From Trichoplax adhaerens (taxonomy: Eukaryota > Animalia > Placozoa), in NCBI RefSeq assembly GCF_000150275.1, contig NW_002060946.1:308269-372268 (forward strand): DNA of 64,000 bases, read 5' to 3'. The position numbers were made by a program, and so were the translations under genes. Every line of letters starts with the position of its first letter. Within the stretch, counting starts at the first letter, position 1. The notes under the pieces are model-generated. The model was not told the origin of the DNA and searched no databases. It saw only the letters and a program-made list of their open reading frames with translations. Shown one piece after another: positions 40,321 to 54,690 of the stretch.

Positions 40321-41899
40321 CACTTTTCACCCTTTCTAAAAATAATACATGCGTACATATATGTATATATATGCATATATAAATGCATAAAATATAAACT
40401 ATCCAAATTATTTTCTAATCATTCATGCCAAATATATCATTTAATATTTAAATGTCGAGTCAATAGAAACTAAAATTCATCAATAAACTCATGTTTTGCA
40501 CAATATCATATAAAAAATTGCAGACTAATAAATCCAGAATGATCTTAACTCTGGCCTAGTTTAATAATTCTGTCCATTAATAAATCTAGAATGAACTTAT
40601 AATGCTATAGAAATGAATCAGTTATACAAAATACGCTACGCGTATTGCTGTTAGAGATCATGGGCCTAATTAGAACTCTTTATCCTTACATAGTCTTATA
40701 TTTATTAATGTAATATACTGTAATGTCATTCACAATAAAATCTTATCATGCTGTATAGTGATACTTACTGTAGTTGCCAATGGAATCATTTTACCCATTT
40801 TTGATACCGTATAATCTGTTTTTCAAAATCCTTTATGTTAGCAAACGAAATAAATTAATTTTAAATAAATTAAACATAGCTTACACAAAAATTTATTTAA
40901 TACTAATAATTTACAAATTATAGGAAGTGTAGAAATACCGTTAAACAATATCACATGTGTCATACAATGGCCTGATAGAGCCTACTAATTAGTTAATTGT
41001 ACTATAGCATTGAATAATTATATGCAATTCATGTTTACTTTTCCTAGCTATTTCAGTCTGTTGCAGCCATTTATATCCCTATAAAAATAATGTCTTACAG
41101 AATAATGTCTATCGTATCGTACACTAATCCAACCGTTACATAAATCAAATTACGTTACAGTAACTAATGATCGAATATGTAAAACGGTAAACAATTTCTC
41201 GTCAAACAATTGCGTCTTCGCTCTGAAAGACTGTCATTTTCAATTGTAGAATATTGCAAATAAAAATTTAAAATACACAAATATCTTACCATAAATTCTA
41301 TTATCATAGATTAGGGTTCAATGATTTCTGTTCATAACTTGATTGTAATAATATATGCTTTATGAGAAATTAGTCGGTTATGATACAAAACATGCCTTAG
41401 GCAAAGTCCATCGTAACTTAATTATTAAAAGCAATCAAAAGGTCATTACAAAATTTAAAGGGAATGATATTTGCTGTTGAATTCAATATTACTATCAAAG
41501 GTATGCCTTTATATCGCTTAGACTTTACGATAGGGCAATTCATTAATTGAAAGTATTTATTGTTTAAATCCGAAAATTCATTTTGATATTGATAGTATTC
41601 CTAAACTGACAATATTCATTACAATGCCTTAGCTGAATTTTCTTTAATTGTTTCTTTTCCGTAGGACGGTAATCAGTTTAATTCTAGCCTAATTTAATCA
41701 CAATCAGGCCCGATATATCATCTTAGTACAAGTCCAGAATGATTAGACTATGTAATCTTTATGAGCGGTCGCAAAGGTTTTCTTCATCAATTTAAATATA
41801 AAGGCGCAATCAGACGTACCATAACATTTTCAATTGTATGTTAATGAGCAATATATGCATAAAAAACTTTAGGAATAGATTTTCAATACCTAATATAAT

Positions 41900-42350
41900 A
41901 TAAACCGGCAGGAGAAGAAAAGGCAATCATGGCATAGATTGCACCCCTCTATTTGATTATAAAATACAAAGTTTTATAGACTAAAAACAATTTTATAATC
42001 GCTCTGACTTACCGCTCAATCTATTTCTATTTAAATGAATAAAACACAAAAAATTGACATTGGGTAAAAATATACTCCTTTTAGCTAATCAGCAAACCTG
42101 AAATTTTACATTAAAAAGAACTTTTAATGATTCTGCTCCTTACAAACGGCATTACAGTAGGACCATCATAGACAAACAACCATAGGCTTTAAAATCCAGT
42201 TTACATAGATATTTGTATATTTTACAATCTCCAATAACTTATTGTAGCTTTATAGACAGTATATGGATAATGAATTCGTTCATGAGCTTTCCTGTAACCA
42301 GTACACCAACAATAAGAATAACATACACCTTAACAAACTTTACACCCTAC
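41900..42350 (-). pseudogene. Highly decayed class A GPCR remnant (TM1-TM3)
   Basis: YVILIVGVLVTGKLMNEFIIHIL (TM1-like), TVMPFV (TM2-like), CKISGLL...IER*VRAII (TM3/ERY-like); many stops. Confidence 0.4.
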
Positions 42351-43229
42351 ATAGAATTATCTTTTTTTAGTTAAACAATGTGACATATTCAAAAAATTTT
42401 AATTAAAACAATTATGATTTACTAAATACAAATCCAGAACACCAATGAAAAGATATATGGTACCATGCTGTCTAAACAAGAAGTAAAAACGGCTGGATTA
42501 CTTTAAATAGATTTTATAAACATTCTCAGTAGAACACTGTAAGGTAGTCCATTCATTGTAACCAAAGTTGAAGGTGGAGACAGCAAATTAAATAGAGTCA
42601 ATCTCCTACCATTGGAAAATTGTAATATTCTCAATTAAAGAGGCTAGCATAAAGTAGCATATTGCAATAGTGCTAATGATTATCTTAGCCAGCATTGTTA
42701 ATATGGTCTGCTGCCATAGTAAATTTCCTTGCGAGCTTTTTTTACTAAACAATTATAAATTAAAAAATATGATACTACATTTTATTGTGTTATAAATTAT
42801 TAGCAAGAGTCTTGGAGCGAAAAAGTGGTTCCAAGATAAAAATCATCTGCAGTTTCTAACATTGATATTGAAGATAGGCATAGATGGTTTTAAAGTCAGT
42901 AGACGGTAAATATAGAGATAGGTATTTAACTTGAAATAAGGATCATGCAATCAATAGAAATAAAATGAGCTTTGTTTTTATTTCGTTGAATTTCACCTCG
43001 CTAGTATTATAGCCAATGCCTAAGGTTAAGACAATAAAGGTCATTATTGCTATCAAAAATTAGTAACAAAATTTATAAGTTACGATGTTGTTTTATATTG
43101 AAGCTATTCTCCTGTTTCACCGGATTACCCTAATTGTGTACTATTATCTATAATTAAAATTATATACCCGTAGATTGCAAAAGTAGTATGATAAGACAAA
43201 CTCCGTACTATTTTCTATGCTAAATGGAA

Positions 43230-44301
43230 TAGAGTTATTACATCCATGTACGCTTATAACTTTACTAATACCTTTCTTGATCCTACAAAAACGGTTTGAT
43301 TAATTCATAATCTATAAGTAAGCGAAGTTGTTTGTATGAAATTATTATCCATAGAAGATAGATATCTTATATTGCACTGTCGTACTAAAAAGCACCCAAA
43401 TAGCATCGATTTTGGTAAATAAATATCCAAAAATGATTCTGCATGCATACAGCATTTCATTCAGAAATTTTATTTCTGTCAATGGAATATTAAATCTACG
43501 GTATGTAAGCCGTAACGAATATACTGTAGCAACCAAGATTGCGAACGAAGAAATATATAAACGCAAATGAACTACCCCCTGATTACCCGATAGCGACTAC
43601 ATAGCGTTTTAAAGATAATATTTGTAGAATTTTATGCATGGTACTATCAATTATCGTTTATAATTCTGATCAAAACATGTACATTATGCTATAAATAGCT
43701 AAATAAAGTATTACGAAGATATTTAGAACACTTCTTCATAATACTGAGATCAGATTGTGCTAATTTGCATAAAACATTTTTTCTTACTAAGATTCTACTT
43801 TATAAGCAAAGTAATAGCGGTAACCAATGCTAACTAAAATATCGGCAGGCATAAAATTTTATATGCATTTAAAGGCGTTCATTTTATTTTTTTTCATTAA
43901 GTCTGCCTAAAAGTGTTCCTAAATATTTACCTTACGGTTTAATATAATCTTTAAGTTAGCACATTTACAAAGTATGAACCGTATCTATAATCATTTGAAA
44001 AAATTGCGTCATTGATTTTGCTTGCTGCAGTAATTACAATACTGAAATAACTACCATATGGCAGTTGGCATACAAGGCAAGTGCATTATTAGAAAATAAA
44101 ATATAGGGGTTTAATCGTGAACGCGTTAACTGAATCAATAGTGTGTAAAGCCGACACTAACAAAATTGGTAAAATTTTACTGCAATTACTACGACAAGAT
44201 ATCGTCTGTATAATTATAAGAAGGGAAAAAAGTATTTTAAATGCTAGAAGGCCAATTAGACCAATAAGAGCCATCCGCATGAATACAATAATATGTATCA
44301 T
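43230..44301 (-). pseudogene. Decayed class A GPCR remnant
   Basis: ORF 44089-44301 gives TM1 (ALIGLIGLLAF..) and TM2 (LLVSALHTIDSVNAFTIKPLYF). After two stops the same frame reads VCQLPYGSYFSIVITAASKINDAIFSNDYRY (TM3, DRY-like). A hydrophobic ORF follows at 43345-43566. Confidence 0.55.
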
Positions 44302-45909
44302 AGCGCGACTTAAATTAAAACGACATAAAATAAAATTACACTAAAATGTAAACAGAAAGAAAAGCTAAATAGACCATGATTATTATTTATCACAAGTAAT
44401 TGGCACAAGCACATATACTGTATATATTTGAATGCAAACATATATATATATAAAATGCGATATGAATCATCGTGATTATTACAAGTTTAGTAAATGTAAA
44501 AATGAAAATTAATAGATATATTAAAATTACCGCAGATTGATGCTTAGCTGTCTACATATGCCAGCCCTATAATGCTTTGGCGATCCCTATATGGACTCGC
44601 ATCTTAATAGAAATGAACACTGAATTTAATCTTAGCCATATAAACTAAGATTTGACGCGATCCACAAGAACTATATTAAAATACTAATAATAATTAATAA
44701 ATCGCTTATTTTATTCAAGAAGAAGCTAGAAATACTAAATAAGATGTAAATAAAACGATTACTTAATTTACTCTACAATGTATAATCTTAATCATTAATC
44801 GACTGAACAGCAATTTACTCCGATTGGAAATATAGTTAGTGTGAATTTTAAAAGTGCTAGATTGAATTTTCGTTACTGATTAATTATACGCCAAACGTAT
44901 AAGAGTGGCATAAGCTGTCATAAAAATCAATCTACTGTATTCCGTTTTATATTCAAATATATTGAATGATATGACTCAGCGAAAGTAATTATGTTATTTT
45001 GAATTTGAATATCTGATAAAATCAGTTAGAAAATTGATATTTTTTCTTCATGATGTAAAGAAATTGATTCCTAAAGCTATCAAATTCAAACAAAATTAAT
45101 TTGTCGGGTTCATGTGCCATCATGACAGCCATAATTATAAAGCATGCCGATGCCAGTCGATGAAGTTTGTTAGTAATACGTTGGTTTATGGTAGATTGCC
45201 AGAGGCAACAAACTTTCTTGCTTAGCAATAGCAGAGAAATTGTATATGCGTTTTCGAAATTTTAACTGTTGATAGTATAATTTATGATAAGTAGGCGAAT
45301 AACCTGCTACGGATTGTCTAGAGGAATTTCAAATTTTTCATTTACAAAGTGAGTATCTGGATCGGCGGTATATTTCTTATTGTACGATATGAACAAATAC
45401 TACGGTCAAAATGCGTCATACGCAAATAGCATAAGGATAGCTATTAATACTCTCAAATCTCCGTAAAATATTCGTTACAAAATGATTATTGCCAAAGGTG
45501 ACAGAGATAGAGATATCCACCCTTTGACGATCGATATTAATTCATATTATGCAGCGGAAATCATTAATAAGGTATGATAGATTTCATTTTGCTCATTGTT
45601 AAACTACATCAGCAAAGGTGACATTTCTAATTTTTTCATTGAGTATCTCAACCCTCTCACTAAGGTTGACGGTGAGTAAGCTACATATCCAATGAATAAT
45701 AGCTGAAAAAACTCAATCAAATGGTGATGATTGCACCGCATTGGTAGGCGACTTTAACAAATTGTTACAGGACAAAAAAAAATTCTTCAATATACAAAGA
45801 TACTACAATAAAATATTGCAGAGTTAACTTGAAGATCTTTCAATTGTGTTACGGGGTAATTAAAGTGCAAAAAGTTTCGGCTAGACTGTTACTAAAATGT
45901 CTTTAGGTG

Positions 45910-46500
45910 TTAAAATTGTCCAAATATGAATGGTTGTTGCTCAACTTGAAGATAAGTACCGATTGGAGCAGAATAACCTAAATCACCATATTGTTGCAAA
46001 TTCATGATTTGCCCCCAAAATTCACCACTGTACTGATTCATTTGTTGATGAAAATAGTAAGGTTGCCGACGATTTTCACGATTGCCTAACTTAATATTAT
46101 GCCGTTTTTTCCAACGATATAACCACATATTGGATGCTTTAAAATCCAAGAGACCAATAGTATGAGCAATTTCTAAGGCTTTATGCTGTAAATCCTTATT
46201 CTTAACACTAACACCAAGGTTGATTTGTTCTTTCATATAATTGAGGACACCATCTTCAATTTCTTGCGATCTGACTTGTCGAACAAATTGAACTTTTTTA
46301 CGATCTTTCTTTTTTGCATCGACGATCAATCTTAATTTATCATAGGAATTATTCCATTCGCGAACACGTTTACGATCGACACCGAATCGTATTGCAATCT
46401 GCGAAATATTAGATCGAGGCGAAAATCGCAATGCTTCAACAACTTGTAATTTAAACGCTACGCTGTAGGCTTTACGTTTTCGAGTTGAGATGATATCCAT
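45910..46500 (-). CDS. Pogo/Tigger-derived DNA-binding protein (Brinker-type HTH + CENP-B/Tc5 HTH), no DDE domain; intronless
   Basis: MDIISTRKRKAYSVAFKLQVVE...ISQIAIRFGVDRKRVREW, then EIEDGVLNYM...VKNKDLQHKALEIA...FKASNMWLYRWKKRHNI, then a Q/Y/G-rich tail and stop (~196 aa). The first ATG is at 46500; the ORF-track extension to 46722 starts at TTG. Confidence 0.85.
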   Translation of the reverse strand: MDIISTRKRKAYSVAFKLQVVEALRFSPRSNISQIAIRFGVDRKRVREWNNSYDKLRLIVDAKKKDRKKVQFVRQVRSQEIEDGVLNYMKEQINLGVSVKNKDLQHKALEIAHTIGLLDFKASNMWLYRWKKRHNIKLGNRENRRQPYYFHQQMNQYSGEFWGQIMNLQQYGDLGYSAPIGTYLQVEQQPFIFGQF

Positions 46501-48279
46501 TTCGAAATGATCTAATTTTACCGGTAAAATTGCTTTAAAATTAAGCAAGATAAGAAAAAAGAGGAAGAGAAAAAAAATGATGGCGTATAAATGGTTGAAA
46601 GTAGTAGATAAAATAATCCCCTTCCTTAAGAAAATCTGCACCAAGTGATAACCACTGACAAAAAGTCTAAATGAAGACTGTATAATACAATAATAAATAA
46701 TAATGATTACAGCCAACCCCAAACCAATTGCTTTACCAAATGAACACTGACACTCTTGGACTATCTATATATAGAGAGAAGCAATGGCCAAGGAGAGAAA
46801 CTGTTAGAATAGAGCCCGTGCAGGGGTGGTATAATATATATATAGGTAGAGCGTATACAAGAGTGTGCATAAAAGAAAATTTCTACACAAATAGATTATA
46901 ATAATTGTTTTGCCGTGTAGATCAACTCTATGGTACAGTAATATGTAATATCTAATATACAATATATTCATAAGCTCGTGGAGGTATTATGAATAATAAT
47001 GATGTAGCTTACGGATGTTGTTGGCAGATTCCTTTTGTCTCATGGAATACAACTAGAAATTCAAACAAATAAGATTGGCATAGCCATAATCAAATTTCAT
47101 TGTCAATATAACCTATGCATTAAAAATATGTCCCATTACTAGAAGTCGTAGACAACAATATTAAAAGTAATTTAAATAGTATAAATAGGTAGCAAAAAAG
47201 ATTGATTAATAACTTTGTATGATTTGCTAAATCGAATTCGAGTAGGCTTATCAATTTCAGGAATCGTCGACTTAACAATAATCACTACGGATGACAAGGT
47301 AATGAAAATTTCTCCAAATTTCATCAAAATATAAACTGATTGAGGTGGCAGGTTTGATTTCCATGAAGTATTTTATCAACACAACTGGTATCGTTGATGA
47401 AAATATTCAGTTTGACGCTAAAATTGATATCTATTACTTGGAAATATATTTCATCAACTGTATTCAATCGTTTCAATGAGTACATAGCAATATCGGGATT
47501 TATTATTGCTAATCATAATTCAATGCACTTAACGCTTGCTTCTAGAGAGTTTAGCTGAGCTATTTTCAAAACACCGAGAGCTATGATCGTAAAGTTCTAT
47601 CTAGCTCACAGGCTCTATGATGTTATACTGTGACATAGTTAGAAGGAATAGGCTCGTGAAGAACAAAAAATAACCTCTACAATTTAGTCGTACATTACCT
47701 CCATATATGAAAAATCTCATGGATTACAAAATACAAGCCGATCTACTATCAACGTATTGATTAAATCAATATATTATTGCATCTGCACGTAAAATTGATT
47801 CAAACAAAAATTGAGAAATGTTTCAAAAGTTGCAAAAGTAATGTCAATTTTCTACGGGTACTAAGCTGTAATTTCTCACATTCTCGTTTAGCTGTCGATT
47901 TATGAATTGAAACGTTGTAATGACATACTCTAGAGATCAACTGGCAATGCTTATATAGCCTATTTTATCGACAGATTATAAGTCTATCTCAAGCTTAGCT
48001 CGAGAATGAATTGACCCTAACTTACCTTCAGATGTAACTTTTTTGCTGCAGAGGGAAAGGAAGGACTTGTTAACGATGCTCAGGTTGCAAGAAAATGGCA
48101 TGCAACATACAGTGGGAGTTGTACCGACTACTGCATTTTTATTATGACACGACTATATCAAAGTGTTAAATGTCCCTTATTGCGCAATGATAGAACAAAT
48201 GATAGCATTTAAATTGTTAACGACTTATCATTATATTGGTTTCTCATAAAAAAAGAGAAAAAAACTCAACATAATAACA

Positions 48280-49110
48280 TCAGGTTGAGATTGTTACCAT
48301 TCAATGCCATTGTTGATAATAAGTTTAATTCAGAGTCAATGTCAATTTCATGTAGAGTAGCACACTATCTATATTCCAATAAATCCGCATTAAATTATGA
48401 TTATTATCATGTCTAATATTATTGAACAACATAATATAAATGATGTTGTGGGAAACAATAGAAATTTCTACTTACCATCTTACTAGAATCTATGACATCA
48501 TGACTTTATTAGAAAAGTTATTATGGTAAATAGAAACTATCACAATAGTAATTACTATAATCGTATGGAGAAAAATGCCATTTGATTATGTTAGGAAAAT
48601 AATCTAAATTTGCAATACAATACCAAGCGGATGAAAAGAGTTTTTAGATTCAATTTTGATTGGTGATTGTGTCATTACTACTGGTTTCTCATTAGCAGCT
48701 AGCGGCACTACCCAAGTGACAATCGTTTTACTGTTCCAAATGTCGATCAAGATGTCAATTTCTGGTAGACAGTGATGGACAAGATTGATACAGCAATTAG
48801 ATAATATTGTATAGAAAAACTGGGGAGGGTAAAGAAAAGTAGGAAATAAAGGGTAAAATTGTATGCTAAATTTTATTCTGTATGCATAGAGTAATAGTCA
48901 AGATCGTCAACAACTGGTTATCCACTGGCACAATATACTTTTACTAGCTATCACAGGTATGTGTTGGACTATCGACCGGATAGATAACAATTATTAGCCA
49001 ATGGTATTAAATAACGGTATTTTAATATGGCCGGTCGATTATGGCTTTTATTCTATCGTGTTGAATGTGTGTACTTTACTTGTTACAGGAATCAAGTTAT
49101 TTTATAGAAT
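48280..49110 (+). pseudogene. Highly decayed class A GPCR remnant
   Basis: LLPFNAIV (TM2-like), SCRVAHYLY (TM3 start), ILLLAITGMCWTI (TM6 CW), FYSIVLNVCTLLVTGIKLFYR (TM7/H8-like); frames are broken. Confidence 0.4.
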
Positions 49111-49229
49111 ATTCTCTTTAGTTAGCTTACGAATATTGCACTAATTGATTTTCTTGCATAATGTTCAAGTTTGAAACAAATAAAATGCTCTTATAATATT
49201 TTAAAAATATCTAAAAAAAGTTGTTATCG

Positions 49230-50250
49230 TGTTGCCTATAAAATTGTCGTCATCGTCGCTCTAGTATTTGATAATATTGAATCAATATTATATTGGATGC
49301 AAAACTATTTACCACTGTAATGGGCTATAAAAATATTTACTACCCTATCGAACATCTTCAACATCGCTATTTAACATTAAACCAGTAACCGGAACTACTA
49401 TATTTTTCATAGCATCCTATAATTCTATTGGCTAACATTAGCTTAATACTATCCACTTTTCCCATGCCAATTCTATTTCTACTACAATATGATCCTACGG
49501 TGTTTGGTAGTATTAGTCTATTTAATTTCGATCCCAGCATCGATCGCTTTATACTTGTAATTCATATGCTAATATAATAGAGTTGTCAAGTATCTTCCAT
49601 TCTTGGCCATCCTCTACAAATGCCAACTTTCTAGGTATTCTTCTCATTTTTATTCAGTAGGTTGTCAGGAATCCTTCATGGCCTATTGTAATCAATTTAC
49701 AATAATATCATTGTACAATATCCATTGTTATTCATGATGGGCTAGAATATTCAAATGAATATTATTGTAAATGGGTGTACTAATTTTTTTATCGTAATCC
49801 AACGTCAAAAGCTTTTAGACTACTTTACCGTAAAACGAGTTCTGCTTATCCGATGATTCCATTGATGGGAGTATTCTAGCCAATATGATTGGCATTAAAA
49901 TTGCAATTCTATTCCATCTAAACATTGTTATAACACTGATAGAGAAAAAGGATACTTTTCGTTTACAGCATAGAATGGCCTACAGTAAACGACACAGAGT
50001 ACAAGACAATCTATTTATTTGAATTTTTATTTTTCCTTTGCTGTAAAGAATAGTAATCGATGCATGGGTTCTTTACTACGGATAGCTGACAGTAAAACTA
50101 GCTATGATCATTATATTATTTGTCAGTAACAATAGTCATATATTGGAGAAGGCATCGTAGTGTAAAATTCACCAGTAATATAATTCATCACAGTAAAATC
50201 AATAAACTTACCAATATATAGAGGGAGAAGATAGCAAACTACTAAGGCAT
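49230..50250 (+). pseudogene. Decayed class A GPCR remnant
   Basis: VVIVALVFDNI (TM1), IFTTLSNIFNIAI (ICL1/TM2), PCQFYF, then SIDRFILVIHML/YNRVV (DRF at 49542-49550), IPLMGVF (TM5), LTVKLAMIIILFV (TM6), SINLPIY (TM7); several stops and frameshifts. Confidence 0.65.
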
Positions 50251-51681
50251 CATTGTTCATGTCCCTTTTATCTTCTGCTATATAAACATGGCTACTGAGA
50301 TACCATGATTGGGTTTTTTTCATCTTTTTTCAATAGTATTCTTTATATAATATATTAGCGTTTGCGACATTATATTAAGCTAGACTACTATAAACTCATC
50401 TCGACTTGTATTTATTTCGACCAAGTTCTTAGCACTACATTATATAGGATAGATACTGAAATCGACAATAATTCAAATTCAAAAGTAATATTTTACTGCA
50501 CTGTAACATAAGTGCTTTGGGGGGAATACTTATACTTGCTGTAAACATGCATTGTGCAATGCTGATGTTGTCGTTATACAGAGTATTAAACCCATCCGCT
50601 CTATTTTATCTGGTGAGTTTGACTTAGAAGTACGGAATCAAGTCCAGTGATGATTTCTGTCGAGTTTGATTCCATCTTTGCTGTTTATACCTTAATAAAA
50701 ATTTAATATTGTCAACCCAATCATAAATATATGACGATGATCTGTGTATTTATTTCTCCAATTCTATTTACCGATTGCAAGAAAAAAATTGGAGCCGTGT
50801 AGCGTCTCGGTGCGATCTGGATTATGAATTTCAATTTTCTTATAAAATTCTTACAAAAATACGCTAGGGCATTATATTTGTAAATTACCATTTTACCATT
50901 CATCCATTAAATTCTGTCGTCGGAATATAAGATAAAATTGAAATAGGGTATTCTAGTACAGTCATTCTATTGGTAATTATTTAGAAACAAATAAATATGC
51001 CTTGTATTGCTGTGTTAAGCAACGTATCAATCTGATTTCTCTCTGCCTTACCAGAACTCATCCTACATTTATTAGCCATGATTATGAGAAATTATAGTTG
51101 TTAAACATTAATACAGTATGCTCGTATATATTTACTATTCACTAGGCATGATTAACTGTAGTAAATTTAATATTAAAAATTGATTATTTATGTATGAAAT
51201 CGAATTTCCTATAATAGCTTATAGCAATAGAAGAAGATGAAATTACTATAATACAGATTGAAAATTTTTTAATATCTAAGATGATATTGTTTCTAAAGGT
51301 GTTACTAGAAAAGTTACGAATGGGTAGAATTAATGATAGCATTCACCCTGTAATAATATCGTAATGTCTCTCTTTCACTCTTATAATATCAAAGGATTAA
51401 AACTAGAAATCTCATTAAATATTAAAGTAATAACTAGATGCTCTTAAATTGTATAGACAAGAATTGCGATATACACTCAGAAGATGCATTCCAGCTAATA
51501 TAACATTACCAGTTAATTTGCAACTAGTCTACACAATCAGATATTTACCATCAGGCAAAAATTTTATTCTTAGTTCGTCAATGTAATAACGAAATGGATA
51601 TCAATAATTTTACAATTTAGGAAAGGTTATTATGGTACAGATGAACTCCGACATTATATCATCGAAATTTCAATGTAACAT

Positions 51682-51853
51682 CGAAATAAATATCAACAAT
51701 TTTGCATCCTAAGTTAGGTTAATATAGTACAGATCAATTTAGATTTTCTCCAATCGAAACCTCAACGGGACAGCGAAATAAATATCAACAATTTTACATT
51801 CTAGGTTAAGTTATTGCGATACAGGTAAACCTAGACCTTCTTCGATCGAAACC
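51682..51853. repeat. ~90 bp diverged tandem duplication
   Basis: cgaaataaatatcaacaatttt.cat.cta.gtta.gtt...atcgaaacct occurs twice. Confidence 0.75.
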
Positions 51854-53329
51854 TTTTCACTATCTTAGAGTGAGAAAGCATAAAAAATACTGAAATTATT
51901 TATTGAAATTTTAATTATGGACTTATAATATAGTTCTCATTAGAATTTTCTTTATTATACATTTTACAATAGCGTGGAAGTCTAATTTCCTTAATGTATC
52001 AATTATATTAGAATTTCTTTCTCATATATTACCGTAAAAAATCATATTCCCCGGATGATAACACAACATTACTCGGAATAGTAGGATAATAAAGCATCGG
52101 CATTAAAATACTCTTCATAAGTATCAAGTTATTGTACTTATTTCTACTTCACTCAAGAAGTTCTATCATAATCAGCCTTAAAAACATTGATTAAAAAATT
52201 AATGCAATGTCTAGAACTAGTAGATACTCGAGAATATATATTAGTATTTGCTTGAAGAGTAGTTGTTCATCTGACCTAATATAAAATTTTCTTCAAGGTA
52301 ATTGACGTTAACAGAAGAAATCAAACAAATTAATTAATAACTTTTGAGTTCGCTTAGAGGCAATTTAATCAAATCACTTATTTATGTTATACCCTGTCAC
52401 AATAATATAATCTTCCAACTAACTTTAATAAAATTGTTCAAATTTTGTTATTCCTTATTCACTATCAAGACATAAAAGTTCTATCCAGCTATTATCGACT
52501 TTCAATAAGGTACACCAATTTTGTTTTCTAGAAGTTATAATATTGAAATTTTTGAATACAATACGGTACTCAAAAGTCTAGACATTTTACAACAATATTT
52601 CCTTTATACATTCCTATAATACCACATCATTTTAACGTTTATTAAAAACAAATAATGCTACTAAACTTGACAACAATAGTATCTAATCATTATAATAACA
52701 GACTCAGTTTAGCTATCAATATCTTCCACTACCAATAGCTTTTTCAATGATGAAAAACTTAGTCAGAATTGGAACCAGTAGTATTTTGAGATTATTGAAA
52801 GCAAGCTTCTTTTGATTATCAGAAGTCTATTATGAGTAAGTATACAGCGGAAATAGGATTTGATAATGCCAATTTTTTTGTAACTGCTAAAAACTTTTTA
52901 TTAATCTTCACTGTTCGATTTCATTTATCACTTAAGTCCAATTAAAAGGTAACTAGATAGAATTTTATTTATTTCTAATGTACTTTGTACAGAAAAACTA
53001 AGATTTTTATCGTTTTAAACAGCCTAATTGACTAAAATATAATATAAGCTATGATCTGAGAGTATCCATCTTGCTTCATGACACCTTTTCGGCATAGTTA
53101 TAAATACCCCCTAAATACTGTCTACCCTAACTATTTACCTGTTTATGTTAAATATCCTTGATAGAAGTAAAACTAAGATCAAAAATAAAACATATTATAG
53201 CGGTAGATTAGTTTGTAATTCTATGGAGATCATATTAGCTATTGGATAATATTTCGAAAAATTACTATTCTAGCCTAGGATTTGGAAATAATCCAATATT
53301 TACTTCGGTCCCTTAATACTTGAGATCAA

Positions 53330-54690
53330 TCTGTTATGTTGATTAAACTTCGTTACTACACTAGTATAGCATATCATATTGGTAATTACAGCCACTATTG
53401 TAGTTTCCTCAAAAATAGTGAAATATTCCTATAAATCCATTTCATCTGCATCTTAAAGGCATGACTTTAATTATTAGCCCCGTGAATAGTAGTCTGGGAG
53501 CTATAACATTTGCAATTTGCTACCACGACCGATAGTTAAGAGACAGCAAATGTATGATAATAGTTTAATATCTCGATAATGTTGGCTAGAAATCGTGTTA
53601 ACTAATCCGATCTATTATAAAATCGAGATCGAAATACATTTTAAAGTAGTCATTACATTTTTAAAGATTACACAGTTGTTATATTAAAATTGAGAACTAT
53701 CTACTGCGACATTTAAGTATACTGAAATGTATTCTATTAATTAAAAGCAAATGCTATATATAAACATCTATTTGTTGCAAACTACTGTGATGATAATAAC
53801 ATGCTTTTCTCTTCTTTCACACTCAACAGGCTTCAAACAAATACTTTATTTATTTTTTCACACTTTTTATGAGATTCGTATATTTAAATACCTATAGAAA
53901 CGATATCAATCATCATTGAAAATTAGAGAGATTACAGTTACGGAAAATATTGCTATGTGCGTAATAACAGTAATTTTATTTTTGTAACTCCTGTCGGAAT
54001 GCTGATATGCTTTAGCTATCTACCATCGGTACGCCTTGAGATTAATGCTAATAACTAATAACCATTATGTTTGTTTGAATTTAGAGTCATGCTATTCTTC
54101 AGCTATAGTTTTTTGTCCCCTATATCAGATATAAAAGGTATAGGTACTATCGCTTGACATAATTTTATGCAGTCTATGAGCTCTTCATTCTCTAAATTTC
54201 TATAATTTGTTCTGATAATGAAATGTTTTAAGAAATAAATAATAAATAAATTTTCAATATAGCTTGCGTTAAAGTTGTTGCTGTATCACTTAGTCTTCAT
54301 AATGCGTTAAAATTTGCTATCTTCAATTATGGTACTCTTACAAACGTAATCAGATATCCATGGTATCCTTTAAGTCCTTCCAAAAAATTACTAGCTATCT
54401 ACTTTTAGGTATTGATTGGATTAGATTGTAAATGTAGGTATTGTGATCATTAATGATGTATAATTAATAGTTTGGTTTGGAGAGAGAGATCAAAATTAAT
54501 AGATACTGGGGGTAATCATTGCATCTGCCAAGGTTACATATTATACTGTAGAGCTAGTATTAAAAAGTTAATGTACTGGCAGCAAAATTTGGAAACTCTT
54601 ACGCCTTATACGAGTATAATGTACAGTAGGAGAGAAATTTTTGAAAGGTTATGTTGCTATAGTAGCGTTACTAACAAGCTATGCAAGGGA
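53330..54690 (-). pseudogene. Highly decayed class A GPCR remnant
   Basis: LVSNATI (TM1), YVTLADAMITP (TM2), YHGYLITFV (TM3), ISIPTGV (TM5) and VAVITNMICYTSVVTKFNQ (TM7/H8) occur in the right order. Confidence 0.4.

Noticed and set aside
45022-45228. ORF ending FRNQFLYIMKKKYQ as another GPCR TM7 remnant
   Set aside because: No supporting upstream TM motifs were found; too weak to call.
46501-46722. Hydrophobic N-terminal extension of the HTH ORF (membrane-tethered TF)
   Set aside because: Starts at TTG with no ATG; T-rich 5'UTR sequence explains the hydrophobic translation.
54363-54371. GTATCCTTT U12-like donor
   Set aside because: No plus-strand exon or matching branch site was found.
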